Both the position numbers and the translations under genes were made by a program. From Vicugna vicugna (Eukaryota): 64,000 bases of DNA. The stretch lies in assembly GCA_013265495.1 (NCBI GenBank), contig MU057416.1, forward strand, positions 986,545-1,050,544. Direction: 5' to 3'. How positions within the stretch are numbered: position 1 is the stretch's first letter; each line of letters starts with the position of its first letter. The notes below the pieces were generated by a model that worked only from the letters and a program-made list of their open reading frames with translations, ran no database searches and had not been told where the DNA came from. Positions 62,126 to 64,000 of the stretch are shown here, in pieces.

Positions 62126-63109
62126 GAACTGTCATCCTTGCAGTGTAAGAAAGACTACACGATCTATGGTCGTGCACCATCCGGCAAGGGTCAACATAAT
62201 TTTACCTGGAACTACACAGGCAAAATATGCGTGTTCTTTTCCTCTTTGTGAGCCCGAGATCACAGGCATCCTGGGACGCAGGTGTCACTCTAAGCTGTCC
62301 GTCCCCTAGGCTGCCACGTCCAGCTTCGGCGAATTTTGTAGAAGTCGTGGGGATGTGTGCACATCACCCCCTCTTAGAGCAACGGCGCTTCAGCCTGCCC
62401 AAGTTTAATGTCCATATAGAAACCAGAAATGCTCCAAACTGAAGCCTGAAGAAACACTCCCCATGTCTCCTTCAGGCTCTGCCTGCCGTCCGCCCGGCCC
62501 GCCGCTCACCTGCATCGGCCCACACTCTCCACAGACCTCATTCCCTGCGGCCCGCTTGGGGCGGAACTAATTACAGCAGTAACGAAAATGGTCCTAGGAA
62601 CGCGGCGCTGCGGGGCCAGGCTGCTCTGCCCAGAGGCCGTAGCCGTGGCCTGCGGGCTCCGTTAATGTGCTCTGCCTGGCTTCCCTGCAGACGTACTTCA
62701 GAAAATTAAGCCAGCAGTTAAAGCCATAGAAGGCCGGAGAAACCCGGAAAAATAAAGAGCCAAATTCATCTCCTTGGGAATATGGTTGAAAACAACCCAC
62801 TAATGGGAAGAAGAGATTTAAGAGGTTCGCTTCAGAGCAGATGATGTCGGACTGAAGGCTGGGTCAGGTCTGTGGCTTCTGTTCACCAGCTGGCTGTCTG
62901 CTGCTTTGGATGCACCTCGTTTAGGAAGCGGCCTGAGCCGGCACTCAGAGCAGAAAGGTGGGCCCCCAGCTGGGCAGCAGCGCCCGGGCAGGAAGGGAGG
63001 GGCCGGGCTTCCTCAGACTGGCTCTCAGTCACACGCTCTCTGAAGAGAGCATGGAGTAAAAAATCTTAATTTAATATGGTTTTGTCAAGGTATAAAAGTA
63101 ACCGGCTTT

Positions 63110-63271
63110 GGGGAGGGGGTGGAGTAGTTCAAGTGGTAGAGTGTGTGCGGGGTTCAACTCCCAGCACCTTGATGTAAAAATAATTTTTTTAAGAAAAAAG
63201 AAAAAGAAAAAAGAAGAAAAAACATTCCAAATACACGACCTAACTTAAAAAAAAGAAAAGAAGGGTTTAAA
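63110..63271 (+). mobile_element. Partial SINE with long A-rich tail
   Basis: gtagttcaagtggtagagtg...gggttcaactcccagcacc. TSD-like AAAAGTAACCGGCTT / AAAAGTAATCAGCTT. Confidence 0.7.
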
Positions 63272-63296
63272 AAAAGTAATCAGCTTAGATTTGCTA

Positions 63297-63538
63297 GATT
63301 AGGAGTTTGGGATTAACAGACACACACTATGTACAAATACATAGACAACAAGGCACTACTGTCGCGCACAGGGGACTAGATTCAATTCCTTGTAGTGAGC
63401 TGTGATGGGAAAGCATCTGGAAACACACGTCTATGTGTATGTGTGCGTATGCGCACACCTGAGTCACTGTGCTGTCCACTGGAAATTAACACTGTGAATC
63501 GACTGCACGTCAACAAAAAAAAGAAGAATAAAAAAAAG
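63297..63538 (+). mobile_element. L1 3' UTR fragment
   Basis: attaggagtttgggattaacagacacacactat...gcacaggggactagattcaa...cactgtgaatcgactgcac plus A tail. Confidence 0.85.
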
Positions 63539-63571
63539 ACAGAAGGAAATATGGGAATAAAAGGCAGAAGG

Positions 63572-63700
63572 CACACAGCATGGTAGTTAACACTGGACTG
63601 TGAGTCAAAACAGAGCTGGGTTTAAACTCAGCTCTTCCACTTACAGCCCCGTGACCTGACCCTCCCAGAGCCTAAGGGCCTCTGCCTGTAAGGAAAGAAG
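63572..63700 (+). mobile_element. MIR
   Basis: cagcatggtagttaacactggactgtgagtcaaaacagagctgggtttaaactcagctcttccacttac. Confidence 0.7.
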
Positions 63701-64000
63701 GGAGCTTCTAACTCTGCTCCAAAGAAACACATTCATCAATGAAGTTGAATTATCTCAGCATCCACTCCTCAGAAGTGCAAGGCAGCAGGCAGTAAATGAA
63801 CAAGAGGACGGATCTATGATTTCCTCCTTCGGTGAATATTACAGAAAAAGTGTCACTTAGATGCTGGCCACTTGGCTCAGGGACCAGTGCAAAGGCACCA
63901 AACATCTAAGGAGGCTGCCCTGGGACCACCCACCTCTTCCTCTGACCCAAGATCTCACCTTCAGCGAGCCCTCAGTCAATCTAGTCTATGACAGGAGTTT

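Overview
Mammalian non-coding genomic DNA, very probably camelid (inferred from about 17 copies of a tRNA-Ala-derived SINE matching the camelid Vic-1 type, plus artiodactyl-like L1 3' ends). I cannot support any host protein-coding gene. The only recognisable protein sequence is degraded LINE-1 ORF2; the long ORFs are artefacts of GC-rich patches or repeats. The window is intergenic or deep intronic, dense in young SINE and L1 insertions (many with visible target-site duplications, TSDs) over ancient L1M, L2, MIR, MER and LTR relics, with about six CpG-rich patches. Most notable: (1) three same-orientation copies of a chimeric L1 that swapped its 3' end for an ancient L1MC/ME-type end, one with an extra 3' transduction; (2) SINEs that carried unique downstream DNA inside their TSDs; (3) an orphan CpG island with adjacent CHR and E2F cell-cycle motifs, followed by a speculative chain of exon-like segments; (4) A/T-to-G/C rewriting of repeat copies, suggesting GC-biased gene conversion; (5) a twin-primed inverted L1, nested insertions and a tail-to-tail SINE hairpin. 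Repeat family names come from recalled consensus sequences and boundaries are approximate. I see no convincing new multi-gene system.
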